A DNA stretch of 64,000 nucleotides, from contig NC_042999.1 in the NCBI RefSeq assembly GCF_006345805.1, forward strand, positions 83,080,001 to 83,144,000, in the 5' to 3' direction. Position 1 is the stretch's first letter; every line of letters starts with the position of its first letter. Below are positions 62,376-64,000 of the stretch, one piece after another. The DNA is from Octopus sinensis (Eukaryota). The position numbers and the translations under genes are program-made. The notes under the pieces are model-generated. The model was not told the DNA's origin, did no database searches, and saw nothing but the letters and a program-made list of their open reading frames with translations.

Positions 62376-62389
<14 letters not shown>

Positions 62390-62749
62390 TATATATACAC
62401 GCACAATCTGTTGATATCTGGAATAAGTCATCAATCATTATTATCATATACTTTAAATTACACAGGCACACTCACTCACACGCATGTATATTATTTTTAT
62501 TTCATGCTATTGTGAGCAATGGTGTCATTGGTTTTGAGGTTTCCTAACAGGCCAATTTCTGGTTCATAGCATTTCCGATGGGGAGAGTGACAAAAGAGTG
62601 TAACTCGGACAGAATAAATACCACATGATATTTTTGTCTGTGGCTCTGATTTATTGTCAATTCTTTGCCAGTGCGTGTAACTTTCAATGTTATTACATGG
62701 ACACATATGCATGCCCACATGCACGTGAGCGCGCACACACACACCCAAC

Positions 62750-63000
62750 ATCATCATCATTTAATATCTGTTTTCCATTCTGGCATGGTTGGAGTAGCTT
62801 GACAGGAAGTGGCAAGGCCAAGGGCTACACTTGGTTTCGCAGTCTATTTTGGCATGATTTCTATGACTGGATGACTCTTCCTAATGCCAAACACTTGACA
62901 GAATGTACTGGGTTCTCTTTACATGGCACCATCACCCATTATTTTTACATGGCACTGGCACTAGTGTTCTTGATGTGGAACCAGCATGGGGGCATTTTAT
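62750..63000 (-). mobile_element. RTE 3'-UTR fragment (family C), diverged
   Basis: CATCATCATTTAATATCTGTTTTCCATTCTGGCATGG...CTTCCTAATGCCAA...TTTTTACATGGCAC. Confidence 0.7.
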
Positions 63001-63247
63001 CTGGCACCAGTACCAACACCAGTTGGCACACACACACACACATAATGTTATTCCTCATGTGTAATGATACTGAAACTAGGATCATGTTGCTGTGAAATAA
63101 AGGGCTAAATTTAATATACAATACAAGCATGGAACACTCACATATAGTACTTGGAGTTTGCCACTAGTCAAAGGTGTGAATTTATTTCCAATCAATAGCC
63201 AACACACATCATCTTTTATCAGCTTTCTTACATACTTACATTGATAT

Positions 63248-63283
<36 letters not shown>

Positions 63284-63354
63284 AGGTCATATATACACAC
63301 ACACACACAACATATATATATATATAATATATATATAATATATATATATATATA

Positions 63355-63543
63355 AGGCAATGACGAAAGACCGAGACCTCTGGAGATATGCTGTGACAGC
63401 AAAGACCCGACAAATAAAGTGAGTTCATGGCTGTATCCTACACCAGCTTCACATAACCAGCCCTAGCCCTTTCAAAGTACCTTGGATCGCAGAATGTCCA
63501 ATCCATGCTAGCATGGAAAACAGACGTTAAATGATGATGATGA
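63355..63543 (+). mobile_element. RTE 3' end with a short 3' UTR
   Basis: AMTKDRDLWRYAVTAKTRQIK*, then TCCATGCTAGCATGGAAAACAGACGTTAAATGATGATG. Confidence 0.75.
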
Positions 63544-63545
63544 TA

Positions 63546-63598
<53 letters not shown>

Positions 63599-63639
63599 AT
63601 ATATGACCTGGTTTTCCTTGAGTTACATTAATGAGTGTT

Positions 63640-63797
63640 CCAGATGATTTAATCAACAGAACAGTCTGCTTGTGAAATTAATGTGCGAGTGGCTGATTAC
63701 TCCACATACATGCATACTGTTAATGTAGTTCTCAGAGAGGTCCAGCGTGACACACCGAATGTGACAGGGCCATCCCATTGAACTGCAGGTACAACTC
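63640..63797 (-). mobile_element. SINE family E 3' body, older copy
   Basis: Diverged reverse complement of 63840-64000. Confidence 0.75.
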
Positions 63798-64000
63798 TTT
63801 CACCTCAACTTTCTCTCACTCTTTCTTCCTGTTTCTGTTGTACCTGTATTTCAAAGGGCCAGCCTTGTCACATTCAGTGCCATGCTGAACCCCCCCCCCA
63901 TCTCCTCCCCATGAACTATGTTAAGGGTTCATGTGTCTCTGGAGTGCTCAGCCACTTGCACGTTAATTTCACGAGCAGGCTGTTCCGTTGATCGGATCAA
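63795..64000 (+). mobile_element. SINE family E, runs to the window edge
   Basis: ACTCTTTCACCTCAACTTTCTCTCACTCTTTCTTCCTGTTTCT (shared with the 34925-35226 element) followed by the E body. Confidence 0.8.

Noticed and set aside
62497-62760. Minus-strand ORFs in relatively unique sequence (KVTRTGKELTINQ...)
   Set aside because: They start in microsatellite, lack clear splice sites and match no family I recognise.

Overview
Eukaryotic, AT-rich, microsatellite-saturated DNA. The repeat families look like those of Octopus (coleoid cephalopod); this is from recall, not a database search. I recognise no intact protein-coding gene, tRNA, rRNA or CRISPR array. Almost all ORFs in the supplied track are translations of (TA)n/(CA)n/(CT)n/(ATT)n/(GAT)n tracts or SINE bodies. 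The only convincing coding sequence is decayed RTE-clade LINE ORF2 (17.7-18.4 kb, 19.2-19.95 kb and short 3' ends), so the window is probably a long intron or intergenic DNA. It holds at least four tRNA-headed SINE types built from shared modules (working names A, B, E and V-like), many RTE 3' tails ending in (GAT)n, hAT and piggyBac-type MITEs with intact target-site duplications, a fold-back MITE, a HINE-like fragment and a 1.49-kb tandem duplication. Best leads: (1) three decayed copies of a short element carrying a minimal type-I hammerhead ribozyme core, most of whose changes are CpG-decay transitions (22.5, 27.5, 29.5 kb); (2) a 100-bp-arm inverted repeat centred on an RTE tail in which 3 of 4 mismatches are A-C on the + strand, a classic ADAR substrate geometry (41157-41381); (3) a ~540-bp headless, TIR-less element with a fixed 5' end that sits in (ATT)n/(GTT)n tracts (4 copies); (4) a C4HC3 PHD finger inside the RTE ORF2, just upstream of the FxYLG motif; (5) a candidate 7-nt microexon inside the tandem duplication; (6) a 300-bp non-repetitive stretch with 3 C versus 59 G. 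Element boundaries without TSDs are approximate to about 10-20 bp. Family names A-F are my working labels.
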